Below, piece after piece: positions 30,323-42,925 of a stretch of 64,000 bases of DNA; positions within the stretch are counted from its first letter, which is position 1; each line of letters begins with the position of its first letter. A program made the position numbers and the translations under genes. Source of the stretch: Salisapilia sapeloensis CBS 127946 (lineage: Eukaryota > Protista > Oomycota); the NCBI GenBank assembly GCA_023334545.1, contig JAADVB010000056.1:1-64000 (forward strand), read 5' to 3'. The notes under the pieces are model-generated. The model saw only the letters and a list, made by a program, of their open reading frames with translations. It did not search any database and had not been told where the DNA came from.

Positions 30323-31555
30323 CCCAAGCTTCTTCTTGTCTTTCGGTACTAGTGGGGTCTCGAAATAGATGCTGTAAAGCGTCTTGGAATATAGACAGCG
30401 GTGGAGTAGCTGCTGGAAATGACTTGGGTTTTGTATATCGACCATCGAAACGGTTGTTAGCTTCAAGTTCATCGACTTGACTTGGGTTGAATATGGGGAG
30501 TTGACTTTGGTTTTGGAGTAGATAGCATGGAAGAGCATGCGAAGGACTACTACAGATGCATGTTTTGGTGGCTATATAGGATGGGTAAATTTATGTTTTC
30601 TAGGCAGAGTAGCGTGTTCTATGTGTGATGTTCCATTTGGTCTTTACTGAAGATGCACTTGAAATGGATATCTTTCGTTGGTCTTTCTGAACTTTTGACG
30701 TCGTCTGCTCTTGAGATATATGTCGAAGCACTCTTCCTTCTTATTGATAAAACAATCAGGTTTTCTTTCCTTATCGCTTATGTCGTTCAGTATCACGTCT
30801 TCCTCCTCTTCATGGAAACCTACATACCTTTATACAAACGTTATGTAAACCCATCGCACTAAACTTCCATTCTCTATCGTCCAAAGGCTCATCTCCAGAT
30901 TCTCTTGTGTAGTTCAAGTCGACGATCAACTTGAGAAGCACATCTCAATACAAAGCTGTCTCACCTCCTCTCCTTCCATCCTTGTGTCAACTTGGTCATA
31001 CCTGACCCAAATCAACACTTTACTTTGGTCAGACGACTCAACGCAATCGCGAAATAAGCATATGGACTATCAAGATGACGAACGGATTCATCAGGAGATA
31101 TAGAGGTTCAGAGTCGACATGCACGAGCAAAGAACATATACATACTCCAATTTGTTTCAGATACACAACAGTCAAGACAATAAACATCTCCACAGCACCA
31201 AGGACCTGTATCTCTTCACCATACTAGACAAGAAGCCCACGTAACCTCCATGGCATGACACTTGCAACCTCTTCAGCACCCTCCATCCACCCCAATACAA
31301 ATACCCAGAAGACGCTCCTACTCTACCTACAATCCAAAGACTCCATCCTACAGTCTACACATTCAAATAGCAGCCACTTCCTCCTATGAGCACGCTCCTA
31401 CGCCTCGTACGCTGTCTTCCGCCCGTCTCATAAAACCTATGATGGCATTTTATGTAAACACATATATTTTGGCGCCATTGTGCGTTTTTGGCTGGAGTAG
31501 CTCTCGCTCCATCCGACGTGCTGCTACTGTCTCTATCCGTCATTCATCTTCTAGT

Positions 31556-34500
31556 ATGAGTGTCTTGGAAAATGCAGGTGATCCGAATGGTATGTTTGAT
31601 TCTATCTCTATCTTCCGTATAACTTTTGAGAGAGAGAAAAAAGGGATTGACACGGCTTGTTCTCTTCAAATGCTTAGAATCGTCACCTGCGAGTAGTGGG
31701 AAGGCTAGTTCGCATGGTAGAGTAACGTCATCTAGGAACGAATCACAGGATGATACGCCAGAGCAGCCATCGAGCCGATACACGCTACGTGATCGTCGTC
31801 GGTCCACTGCTCCACGAGAGCTCTACGACCCAGTGTTTGCAGGTGCGTCGTACATGCACGACTCTCCGTCGTCTAATACACCACCAAAGAAGCGCTCTCG
31901 GTCGCACAGTCGGAAGAATGGTCGGTCGAGAGACCACAATGCCAGTCGCAAGCGCAGTCGTCGGACGCAGCCACCTCGTCAGGCGAGGCAGCAAGAAGCG
32001 AGCGAAGGCGAGCAGACGACAGACTCGGACCTCGATGAAATCAACGACCACCTTGCGAATCAGAAAAGAGCAAGAGCGGAGCGTCGGTCATCTCGATACG
32101 CTCTTCGGTCGAAAGGAAATGATTTAGAAGAAGAGGAAGAGGAGGAAGAGGAGGAGGAATCGAGTGAGAATGAACAAGAGGATAAGGAGGAAGAGGAAGA
32201 AAACGACGAGGAGGAAACGAGTGGATATTTCTTACGTAGGAGGAACGCCGTAGAGCATCCCGAGGCGCCATCCAGTCGCTCTCGTCCTCGCAACGCTTCT
32301 CGTACAACTAACCCTTCGTTCGTCTCCGACTCGACGACTCGCTACTCTCTCCGTGATCGTGCCAAAGTCCAGCGTGGAACGGATCTCACAGGCCCGACGA
32401 CACCTCCGAAGAGCGCTGCGGACTCTGCCTACGCCGAGTACGCCAAGCGGCAGCGGAACGCCAAGCGTTCTGGTAGTCGCTATCGTTCTCTCTTTAGCTC
32501 TCCATCGTCTCGTAGTCGCCGCAAGCGCCCCTTTCCGTCCACCGGTCTTCCTCCGTTCAGTCCATCGCATCGGCATCGTCGTCGCATGTCCGATTCGTCC
32601 GACTCGGACTCTTCTTCCTCTGAGTTGTACAAATACGACGATGATTCGGATGGTGGTATGCGTACGTCTAACGGTAAGAAATCTCGTTCGAAAGGTGCGA
32701 GAGCAGACATCAGTCCCGTCGAGATCGATCCGAGTATCACATGGTCGAGCATCGGGGGTTTAGGAGGCCATGTCTCTGCCCTCAAGGAGATGGTGCTCTT
32801 ACCTCTATTGTATCCCGAGTTCTATGACAAGTACAAGGTCACTCCTCCGTCTGGCGTCTTGTTCTACGGTCCTCCCGGCTGTGGCAAGACGCTCGTCGCG
32901 AGAGCTCTCGCGAACTCTTGCTCCGTCCCGAATCGTTCGAATACGTCCACGGAAAAACCAAAGCATCACGTGACGTTTTACATGCGCAAAGGTGCAGATT
33001 GTCTTAGTAAGTGGGTAGGAGAAGCCGAGCGACAGCTACGTCTGCTCTTTGCCGAAGCACGAAAGAACGAGCCGTCGATCATCTTTTTTGACGAGATCGA
33101 CGGCCTTGCGCCTGTTCGGAGTGCCAAGCAAGACCAAATCCATTCCTCCATCGTGTCGACGTTACTGGCGCTCATGGACGGACTGGACGGACGTGGACGA
33201 GTCGTGGTGATCGGTGCGACTAATCGCTTGGACTCGATCGACCCGGCGCTACGACGTCCAGGACGCTTCGATCGAGAGTTGCCGTTCAAACTCCCGAACG
33301 CACGCGATCGACAGGAGATCCTCCAAGTCCACGCCAAGGCATGGCATCCACCTCTCGACGAGCGCTTTCTGCAGGAACTAGCAGGTCGGACAGTTGGGTA
33401 CTGTGGAGCTGACTTAAAGGCGCTGTGTGCGGAAGCAGCTCTATGTGCCCTCCGTCGCGTGTATCCACAAGTATATGACAGTCAAGACAAGTTGCTACTG
33501 AACTACAAGCACATTGTCGTATCCAGAGGTGACTTTTGGAAAGCCATGAAGAAGATGACACCTGCGTCACATCGATCCGTCAGTGTCTTTGCATCTCCTT
33601 TACCCACGAGTGTCGAGAAGCTACTAGGTCCAGTGTTATCGAGAGGCTTGAGTAGTATTCGAGAGGTCTGTCCCTCCTTTCCTCTCGATAATTATGTCGA
33701 AGAAGAAGAGGAAGAGGAGGAGGATCATAGTATCTATCGAAAGCAATGCTGCGTATGTCAAGATGTAGGTAATGACTTGTTCATGTGCTCTTCCTGCGTC
33801 TCGTGTTTCCACCGTACGTGTCTCCCGTCGACATGTGAGAACGATGATTTGTCCTGGACATGCCCAGAGTGCAGCAAGGTGAATCGACGCAAGGTCGAGG
33901 TCGCGTCTGCTCCTAGTAGCGTCCCGTACCTCGAGTCACTTCCGTCCCACGTCGGCAACCCTCGTGTCTTGATCACGGGGCCGCAAGGCATGGGCCAAGC
34001 GATGCTCGGGAACGCGCTGCTACATGCGCTCGAAGGCCTGACGCACTTTTCCCTCGACCTCCCGTCCCTCTTGTCGGAAGAAGGCGCGCACAGTACAGAA
34101 GAAGCACTCATACGACGCATGCGAGAGGCGCAGAAGGCGGTGCCGTGCGTCCTCTACCTCCCGCACGCCGAGCTCTGGTGGCAGCACACGACTGAGTCGA
34201 CGCACGCTGCGCTCAAGATGCTGCTGTCGGACATGTCGACCAAGGCGCGTCTCCCGGTCCTATTCGTCGCGTCGACTAGCTCGTCCGACGACGACCTCCC
34301 GTCTGCGCTCCTGGACTTATTTGAAGGCGAGAGCAAGCGTCGGCAGTCGAGCGTCATCCTCCACCTCAAGCATCCTCCTCGCATCTGTCGTCGCGCGCAC
34401 TTTGACCAGGTCTTTGACGCCTTCAAGAGACCTCCGACGGTGTCGAAGCCGAAGCGACGTAAGAAGAAGCTTCCTCTGGCGCCTGTCGAAAAGATAAAGG

Positions 34501-36133
34501 CACCGGACATGTCTCCATCGGAAGTGGAGAAGCAAAAGCAAAAGGATAGACACTGTATCCGCGAGTTGCGTATCTTTTTATCTCAAGTGCTCGACTATTG
34601 CAAAGGTCAGCGTCTGTATAGTCCGTTCTTGTATCCAGTCGACCCGGAAGTCGTGCCGGATTACTATTTGATCGTGGAGCATCCAATGGACTTGAGTTGC
34701 ATTCGAGAGAAATTGAATGACGGAGAGTACATGACATTTGAACAGTTTCTCCAAGACATTCAGCTCATCGTAAGAAACGCCAATGTCTTCAATCCGAAGC
34801 GCAGTCAGACGAGACACATTGCGCATGCCGCAGGGACGATGAAAGATAACATTCTGTCGTTTGCCCATCGCTTTCGTCTGCATCAAGGCTACGATCTGTT
34901 TGCCAAGTGTCGAGAGATCTCGAGGCGAGTGGGGGAAAAGGAGGTGGCTGCGCCCATAAGGACGAGCGCGAGGTTGCGTGGTATCAAGGCGGATGCGCCA
35001 CAGGTCGTCGCTGCGACGGTCATGAAGAGCGAGGAGGAAGAAGCCAAGGACGATGGCTGGGATAGCCACAAGTATAGTGAACTCCGATCGCTCTTGAGTG
35101 GACAGCGCCCCGCTCCGACGAGTCAGTGGTTTGACGAGAAGGCATCGAACGCGAGTGCCGAGTCCCCGGAGAAGGAAGAGCAAGTAGTGTTTCGTCAGAA
35201 CGACTTTGTCTTTGTAGCTAGTAGGTCGTACCCAGGTGTGAACAAGGCAGGGGGAGCTGCGATGGTCGCCAAGACACATGACGATGGGACGTACGACGTC
35301 AAGTACGTCTTTGGCGGTGCGGAGAAACGAGTGAGCGCGAGGTACATGCAGCGTCTGACGGAAGAAGCGGTTCGTAGTTCGGTGAAAGGCCCGAAGCAGA
35401 CGTCTGTGGAAGACGAGAGTCTGCTGAGTCAGATGCGAGCGCAGAGTGATCAGGAGCTGCGATTAGACTACTTTGATAAGCTCTTGTGGCCGATACTCAA
35501 GGAAGAAGGGTGGACGCGGAATCATCGGATTGTGGATGATGAGAGGAGTCAAGGGGCGATGCAGGAACGAGTGCAGTTCTTTGCGGTGGAGGACGGGGAG
35601 CAGGTCGAGATTGATGGTGTCGAGGAAGCGCTGAGGTTTATTAAGAGCCATTTGCCGCTGGCAGTCAAATGCTTTGGCAAACGCTTTTGTGAGGAAGTGA
35701 CGGTGGAGGAGGAGGAGGAGGAAAAGGAGGAGGAGAAGGAGGAGGAAAAGGAAAAAGAAGAGGAAGAGGAAAAGGAAGAGGTAGTGGAGGTGGAGAGTGA
35801 GAGTGAGGAGGAAGTGGAGGAGGTGGGGGAAGAGACATTTGTCTATGATGAAGTAAGAGGATTTGTATGTTGTATGTGGATGATAGGCTGACTGGTGTGT
35901 AGAATCGGATGACGCACTTGATCAAGACGCTTGTGCGCAAGACTAAGGACTGGACGGTGGAAGAGCTTCGGGATGAACTGGTCGAGTTGAACAAGATCGC
36001 CTATCGGCACCGTCATACATTTGACCGTACGCCACTCATCAAGGTACTCTTCTCTAGTAGTTATATGTATTGATACAAGAGGTCTGATGTGGTTGGTTTG
36101 TAGGAGGTGGAAGAGCGAATTCAAAAGCTTTAG
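31556..36133 (+). CDS. ATAD2: ATAD2/Yta7-like AAA+ ATPase with bromodomain, plus PHD finger
   Basis: GVLFYGPPGCGKT, KGADCLSKWVGEAERQLRLLF, IIFFDEIDGLAPVRS and DPALRRPGRFDRE. Bromodomain (PVDPEVVPDYYLIVEHPMDL) and PHD (CCVC...CSSC...FHRTC...WTCPEC). One short 5' exon (ATG 31556) and two 3' exons ending EVEERIQKL* at 36133. Confidence 0.92.
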
Positions 36134-36395
36134 ATCGTTTGTCTAGTAACTTGGCTTTCTTTTTGGTCTACTTGATTCTCTTGATCTCTTCTTCATTTCT
36201 TATCTCCATTACAAGCACTATGAATCCTATTGATGCTTGTCAACGACTCTTTACTATCCAAATCAAAAGAATAGAAACTTAAGCGTCGGGAAAGCTTGCC
36301 TTTCTACCTACAACGTTGCCGTTGCTGACACGCTGTACCCATTCCATCACGAGATCGTGGCGTTCTGTGTGTAAAAGCACTTCCAACGCATATCA

Positions 36396-37314
36396 ATGAC
36401 TACACGACCGACTTGTATCCTTCCGCATGTCTATCTCGGCTCCAAAGTCCATGCAAAGGATCGGGAGATGCTCCAGGAGCTTCATATCACCCACATCTTA
36501 AACGTATGCATCGCCATTTCTGAGCTTAGAACTTATGAACTGCCGAAAAGCTTCGTGCTGACTCTCCGATCGATGCAGGTGACTCCACCACGCACGATGG
36601 ACCCGGCTGCAGGCGTTCCTCATTTTTTTGAAAAGGATAAGAAGCTGACATACCGACGCTGCGCCATGTATGACAGCACTGCAGAGAACTTGCTTGGCGT
36701 ATTGGAAGGCTGCATCTCGTTCATCGAACAAGCCAAGTACTATGGTACGTCTATCTGTCTATTGGACTGCAGTTAGACAAGTGCTTATAGACGGCTGGAA
36801 GCATCGCTTCTGTATATTACTACTTGTATCTAGGTCGAATACTCGTGCATTGTAACCGAGGCGTAAGTCGATCCGCGGCTGTCGTCATTGCATACGTGAT
36901 AAAGACAGAGAAGAAGAGTTATACTGAAGCGCTGGAGTTTGTTACCAAGAAACATCCACTCGTATACTTTCTCTTTATCATGCCTTCGATCACTCTTTGA
37001 TCATGTCTTGGATGTAGTCGAACCCGAATGCAGCATTTCGGAAGCAGTTGCAAGCGTATGAGACTCGACTGACACGAAATCTGGGGAAGGATGCAAAGAA
37101 GAAGGAAGTGAGGACTAGACCGATCGGTCCGCAGCGGCCTCCACACCTTCAAGAGAAGGCAAGATCGGATGATGAACAAGAACAGCCTTCGTCTTCTTCA
37201 TCCAAAAGGACGATTGGACCGAGTTTACCTCCGACGAAGCGGCAGCGATCTGAGTCTGCTGAAGATGACGATACGGCACCACCAGAGAAAAAGATAGCTA
37301 CCAAGGATGAGTAG
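36396..37314 (+). CDS. Dual-specificity protein phosphatase, multi-exon
   Basis: ILPHVYLGS...ITHILN|VT, and the catalytic loop ILVHCNRGVSRSAAVVIAY in the exon at ~36834-36962. PNAAFRKQL, then a basic/acidic tail to 37314. Confidence 0.88.
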
Positions 37315-39677
37315 GTTGTAGCTACAGATTTCATACGAATGAACAACGCGAAAGTCAAACAGTTCCGACAACAAACTTAGCGTTCTTGTTTAGTAGACGT
37401 TCACGCATGTGGTAGGGAGGTATATACCAGATTTATATGCTTTTTGTGGTAGGCAAAAGACACGCAAAGCGTCAGTGGCAGGTACAATGTGTTTCATGGC
37501 ATTTTGTACGACAGAGGTTGAAATTATAGTTTGGAAAATAATCATGCAGAATGGATGGATATTTGTACTTTCGACTCCATCCATAATGGTATCATTGCTA
37601 ATTGATGGTGGTTTCTCTAAAGTTGCTTGGCTGAGTTGTATTCATGACATAAATTAAATACCTATTCGGCAACATTGGGATTTCTCATTTTGTAATTCTA
37701 TTCGATATTGTCGAATCGGCAAAGTCTGCCGTCGTTGAGAATAGCCGATTTGATTTACCACTTGTCAATGGAAGCCTAGCGTGGCGCTTTAATACAACTT
37801 TCCCGCCAAAATAGGAGTACAAAGGCAAGTGATCATTGGGGCCGATGGAGATGCAGTTTCGTATTCTTCGTCCAGCTCTCCTCTTACGCCCCATCCTCTA
37901 TTGGAATTGAGATTTCCATTGCCATTCTCTTTGTAGCATGAGTTGTGTGAAAATTACAACATATAAATTAAAGTTTTGTAGCGAATTAGGCCTGAGTCAA
38001 TATACCCTTCGATATAATCTACCATTTCGTCGACTAGGAAAAGAGGGATTATCGAGGCATGATACCGATTACAGTTCGCACCGTGCTCGTTCTCTTATTG
38101 GATATGTTGCCTTGCTTCATCCTCGATTGTCCTCACAACGAACACGCTCGTATTGGTTTTGGTACATGTCTGTCTTCGTTTTCAATGCAATCAGGAGGAA
38201 ACCATCTCCGAGGTGACTTCGAGGCACGCCTGGTGCTCGAAATGTGCACATTTGAAAAAGCGCGCGAAACAGTCGCTCGACTTGGTGAGCTCTTCGCTAT
38301 TATTTCGGAGCAGGTGATGTACAGTTGGAGACGAAATAGTTGAGCGATATTTGTGAATCACACTGCACTCGTCCCATTGAAATGCGAAGAGCTCAATGCT
38401 GCAAGTAAATCAAATCTAACTTCAACCTGAATGACTTCCGACGATACACCGCGATATGCCCCACACTATTCCCACCAAGACATGACAGAGGAGCGGACGA
38501 TACACGTGGACAGGACCGAAAATGTAAATAGCGACGAAAGAGTAGGATGAACCGGCAAAGATTCAGGCATTGATTCCTGTTACAATTCATTCATGTTTGT
38601 TTTCACGATTGTTACTATAACTTGCTGAATACCGGATTATCTGCTCAACAAACTAAGTACTTCCTGTTCTTGAGTACTTTTGGTTATGTTGCTAGGTTGA
38701 CTTTTAGACACAATGACAATTCGACCTCAAATAGTACTCTGATTTCTTCGTTCTTTCCATCATGACCATGATATATGGAGAATGATGGGAAATTGGGCGG
38801 AAAAACTCCAAACGCTGACACACAGTACGGCATATGCAACAAATACGCCTTCCTGTAGCTTGCGCTTTTATAAATTCGGAGCAGTTGACAAATATAGTTA
38901 TCTATTCATGACTTGGTTTTATAATTATCAAATATGATGCTGCTCATCTCGAGCATATCCTTCCATTACTGAGAGGGGGGAGAGAGATGGAAAGATCCAT
39001 ATTCTATACATGATCAAGTCCGCCATGTGAAAGCCAAATCTTAATGAACGTGGCCATTCCTTCAACAGTCACCTTCACCCAGGTTGCTCAATCCGATATC
39101 ACGAGCGGCTTAAAGTCTTGTGTGGACGGGTACAAAGGGCATTGATCATCGCGACGGAACGTAGAGCAGCCAATCAAGCTGGATGGCCAGTCATATGTAC
39201 AGTTCTCAAGACTTAACCCATAAATCAAACTCTCGTGCCAGTACATTCAATAGAAATACTGACATGGATAGCAACAAAGTATCATTTTTAGTCTGTTGCC
39301 TACGATGGATCCGTCATAATGATGAAGTTTTGATACTACAGCTGATACTTGCATTATGTAGGTGGTCGAGCACCTAGACTAAACTATGAGTACCAAAGAA
39401 AGCAATAGACCTTCTACCTTTAAAGTTGGTCTGATCATCACCTCCACAGCTATCAAAGCTTGTCCTCTGATCTGTTTAACTGATCTCATTCAGACTCATC
39501 CAGGGTGATGGCGACCCTTCTATAGTATCGCTTCATGTGTAGCCATATGAAAACAAATGGCTACACATTGCGCAATTCGTGGTCCACGTCCTCTGGAATG
39601 AGCTTGTGGTGCTCTCTTCCTCGCTTGGAGCTCTCTCCTATGATCCGTGACATTCATACTTTTACCTCACTAGGAGG

Positions 39678-41666
39678 ATGGGGACCAGTCGGAAAGAAAA
39701 ATCTACGTTATTGAGCGGCGATGACCTTGAAAAGCAAAATACGAAAAACTTAGATGGCCATGAAGTGCCTGATCTGCATGGATATCATCGCCTACTGCGC
39801 AAACCGTGGGTACAAGGCATCGGTATCCTGCTAGCAATGATCATGGGCGTCTCCTTGGTTCGTTACCTGCTCTTTGGATCCGACACTGCTGGATTACCAG
39901 ACGTTCCCGGTGGTCCTCCTCGCTTCCAAGTTTCACTCGCACCTGAATTTGCTGCCGGTGCCCCCATCACAGGACGACTGCTGCTCTGTGTAGCTACGAA
40001 GAATGCTGTGAACCATCCGTATGGTCAGGACCAGCCTCGGTTCCTCGTCTCGGACAACTTTGATACGCAGCAGCTCTTCGCCGTTGACGTATTTGAATTC
40101 AATACCGGCATTCGAGAGCTCAATGATACTTCCATTGACGGATACCCTCTCGCGGATCTATCTGCTATTCCGGAAGGAGAGTACTGGGTCCAACCTGTAC
40201 TCCACCCGTACGTCCAGTACAACCGATCTGACGGATACAATCTATGGCTTCCAGGTCTAAAGACTTTTGAAGACGGATTTGGCGTCCTAAATGCCCCAGG
40301 CACGATGTTTGGCACCCCGCAACTGGTCAAAATCCAGCAAGACGTCGACTTCCAGCAGCACTTGGTCATTGATCAACTGGCAGAGCCGAGTGCAGACCCA
40401 AAGTATGCGTTCGCCGACACTGTTGCGATGAACAAAGAGCCAGCGTCGAACGAGCTCTTGCATCACGTGACCTACAAAAGTAAGATGTTGTCCGAGTTCT
40501 GGGGCACCGACGTCGAGTTAAAAGCGTGGGTCCTCCTTCCTCATCGCTTCTACGATGCAAGCACGACTGACATGGAGTACCCGATGTTCATCTACCAAAC
40601 GCATTTCAATCGCGACTTTTCCTTCCACTTTCGAACGTCCCCACCGTCTGAAAGTGAGGGATATGACCAGGTAGAAATGACAAAGGAGTGGTACAAGTAC
40701 TATCTGTACCGCAACTGGACATCCGAGCACGAGGATGGTGCGTTCACGGGCAAGCGAGGCATCATCGTCCAGTTGCAGCATGCTAATCCGTACTATGATG
40801 ACTCGTACGCTGTCAATAGCGCCAACATCGGTCCGTACGGAGACGCGATTACGTACGAGTTCCTGCCGTACCTGGCGTCCAAGTACCGTGGCATCAACGC
40901 TGGGTGGGGTCGGACGATGTACGGTGGCTCGACAGGTGGATGGGAGTCCTTGGCGGTGCAGGTTTTCTACCCGGAAGAGTACAATGGCTGCTGGTCCTTC
41001 TGTCCTGACTCGTTCGACTTCCATCGCTTCCAACTCGTGAATCTCTTGGATGACACGAACGCGTACTACCATCGTGGCGACTGGACCGTGAAGGCTCGAG
41101 GCAGTAGACGAGATTACCTTGGTCATGTCCTCGAGACGATGCCGGAGGAGAACCATCATGAGATGACACTCGGGTCGAGAGGTCGAAGTGGCGGACAGTG
41201 GGACGCTTGGCAAGCAGTGTACAGTCCTGTGAATACCACGGATGGGTACCCTGCTGCTATTTGGGACAAGCGAACGGGAGAGATTGATCCGACTGTTGTC
41301 GAGTACTGGGTCGAGAACTATGGCGTCCGACGAAAGCTACAGCGAGAGTGGGAGTCGGAAGGTCTTGGAGAAAAGTTGGTGAACAAACTCCATGTCTATG
41401 TCGGCGTGACGGACAGCTACTACTTGAATGACGGTGTGTTCTTGCTGGAAGACTTTCTCGAGAGCACGACAGCTCCGTACTATAATGGCAGCATCGTGTA
41501 TGGAGTGGAAGACGGTCGTGGGTTTGAGCATTGCTGGACCGGTAGCTTTGACGAGACGTTACCGATGGCGTACTTGACACTCAACCAGCGAATGGTTCCG
41601 CAGATGGTTGACCACGTTGCTGCGACTGCTCCGGAAGGTGCGAACCTCGGGTTTACTTCATACTAG
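39678..41666 (+). CDS. Membrane-anchored bacterial-type putative esterase (enterochelin-esterase-like alpha/beta hydrolase)
   Basis: 662 aa uninterrupted ORF. N-terminal TM helix, YDDSYAVNSANIGPYGDAI, nucleophile elbow YGGSTGGWESL, GQWDAWQAVYSP, and LHVYVGVTDSYYL. Confidence 0.75.
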   Translation: MGTSRKEKSTLLSGDDLEKQNTKNLDGHEVPDLHGYHRLLRKPWVQGIGILLAMIMGVSLVRYLLFGSDTAGLPDVPGGPPRFQVSLAPEFAAGAPITGRLLLCVATKNAVNHPYGQDQPRFLVSDNFDTQQLFAVDVFEFNTGIRELNDTSIDGYPLADLSAIPEGEYWVQPVLHPYVQYNRSDGYNLWLPGLKTFEDGFGVLNAPGTMFGTPQLVKIQQDVDFQQHLVIDQLAEPSADPKYAFADTVAMNKEPASNELLHHVTYKSKMLSEFWGTDVELKAWVLLPHRFYDASTTDMEYPMFIYQTHFNRDFSFHFRTSPPSESEGYDQVEMTKEWYKYYLYRNWTSEHEDGAFTGKRGIIVQLQHANPYYDDSYAVNSANIGPYGDAITYEFLPYLASKYRGINAGWGRTMYGGSTGGWESLAVQVFYPEEYNGCWSFCPDSFDFHRFQLVNLLDDTNAYYHRGDWTVKARGSRRDYLGHVLETMPEENHHEMTLGSRGRSGGQWDAWQAVYSPVNTTDGYPAAIWDKRTGEIDPTVVEYWVENYGVRRKLQREWESEGLGEKLVNKLHVYVGVTDSYYLNDGVFLLEDFLESTTAPYYNGSIVYGVEDGRGFEHCWTGSFDETLPMAYLTLNQRMVPQMVDHVAATAPEGANLGFTSY

Positions 41667-42925
41667 GATTTAAATACTAGCTCTTTGTTTTAATTCGTTA
41701 AAGAGGAAGTTTGGTTGTTATTGATGGTGATGAGAAAGCTCGTGGACAAGTATTTCAAGTAGTATTCTGCATTTGTTCCTTGTATGATTGTGCATGGCGT
41801 ACAGCAGTCACGTGATTGCTTTGGGATAGAAAGGTTCTATGCTTCGTACTGAAGCTGGCTACATGCGGAATGTTTGCTCGTAGGATGGCTGTCGGCAATA
41901 TTTTCATAAGGCTAGATAATCTTCTACGTTTAACATGGCTGGAGCCGGAGAAGCCGTACTTTTTTCCATGCATTTCGTATCTTTTCTGAAAGATGCGTCG
42001 ATACGATGGTCCGACCACTAGACGGGGAGTTTCAGAAGAGACTTTTATTTCAACTATCGGCGAGAGCGCTATTAGCAATCAAACAGTCAGAGTAGATGGT
42101 ACAGACTAGCTTTTCGCACATCTTGTATATCTCCGGCGTACGTAAGTTGTTGGTAGGAAAACGACCGCAAGCAAGAATAGTGTCAGAATGCAAACATTTG
42201 GATCTGAAACTTTGTTACGTCCAAAGAGCCGTATCAGCCCAACGATACTACAAGAGGTGCCGATAGAAGCTTAGACGACGATATAGTAGCTTATAAAAAG
42301 AATATTGATGTGGGCTTGGAAGCTGACTCGATGTCAAGCTCACATCCTCGAGCTCCTCTCGCAATCAATTCCTCGCAACACCCTTTTAAAGAGTTGTCCG
42401 TAAGAAAAAACGCATACGCAACTCCGTCTTCATACCAAGTCAGCTCCAAGCAACCTGCTCGAGGCAGTGGTAACCTAGAGCAGCACGAGCCGCTCGTCGG
42501 CAGCTCGGTGTTTGAAGTGGTCTTGAAGCATAATTTTGAAAAAAAGTTCTTCCATAAGTGGGATGAAACGAACGCCGTGGGAGGAGTCCAGAAACGGTTT
42601 GCAGGGAGGAGGTGGCCGTCCGTTATATTCATCGGCGTTGCTCAGAAATAGGCCCTACCATCCAGCGGCAACTGCAGACAGTCGCACCGTGTGTTCCTCC
42701 AGACGCACAACGCCCGAACGTACAGCTCTCGCTAGCACTTCCTCCCTCGAACCTTCCACCAAACACCAGACACCCGAGTCGCGCCACGCTTTCATTCCGC
42801 CTCTCGCGCTTGACAACGACAAAAGAATCCGTCTATCCTCCCCGGAGCGTAGTAGACTTGTTAGTAGCAGTTGCGTCCACCTTTGGTTCCTCCGGAGCTT
42901 TATCTGATTATACACTTTATCCATC

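Noticed and set aside
35700-35830. GAG/GAA-rich tracts (also 32125-32215 and 5690-5770) as tandem repeats or an array
   Set aside because: They encode poly-Glu low-complexity linkers within genes. There is no repeat-spacer structure, and no CRISPR-like array was seen anywhere in the window.
39671-39677. AGGAGG directly before the esterase ATG (Shine-Dalgarno-like relic of HGT)
   Set aside because: Zero spacing to the ATG, and it overlaps a plausible intron acceptor (CTCACTAG|GAGG); likely chance.
41755-42651. Short ORFs between the esterase and G-beta
   Set aside because: No recognisable domain, and overlapping ORFs on both strands are of similar length; may be promoter/UTR.
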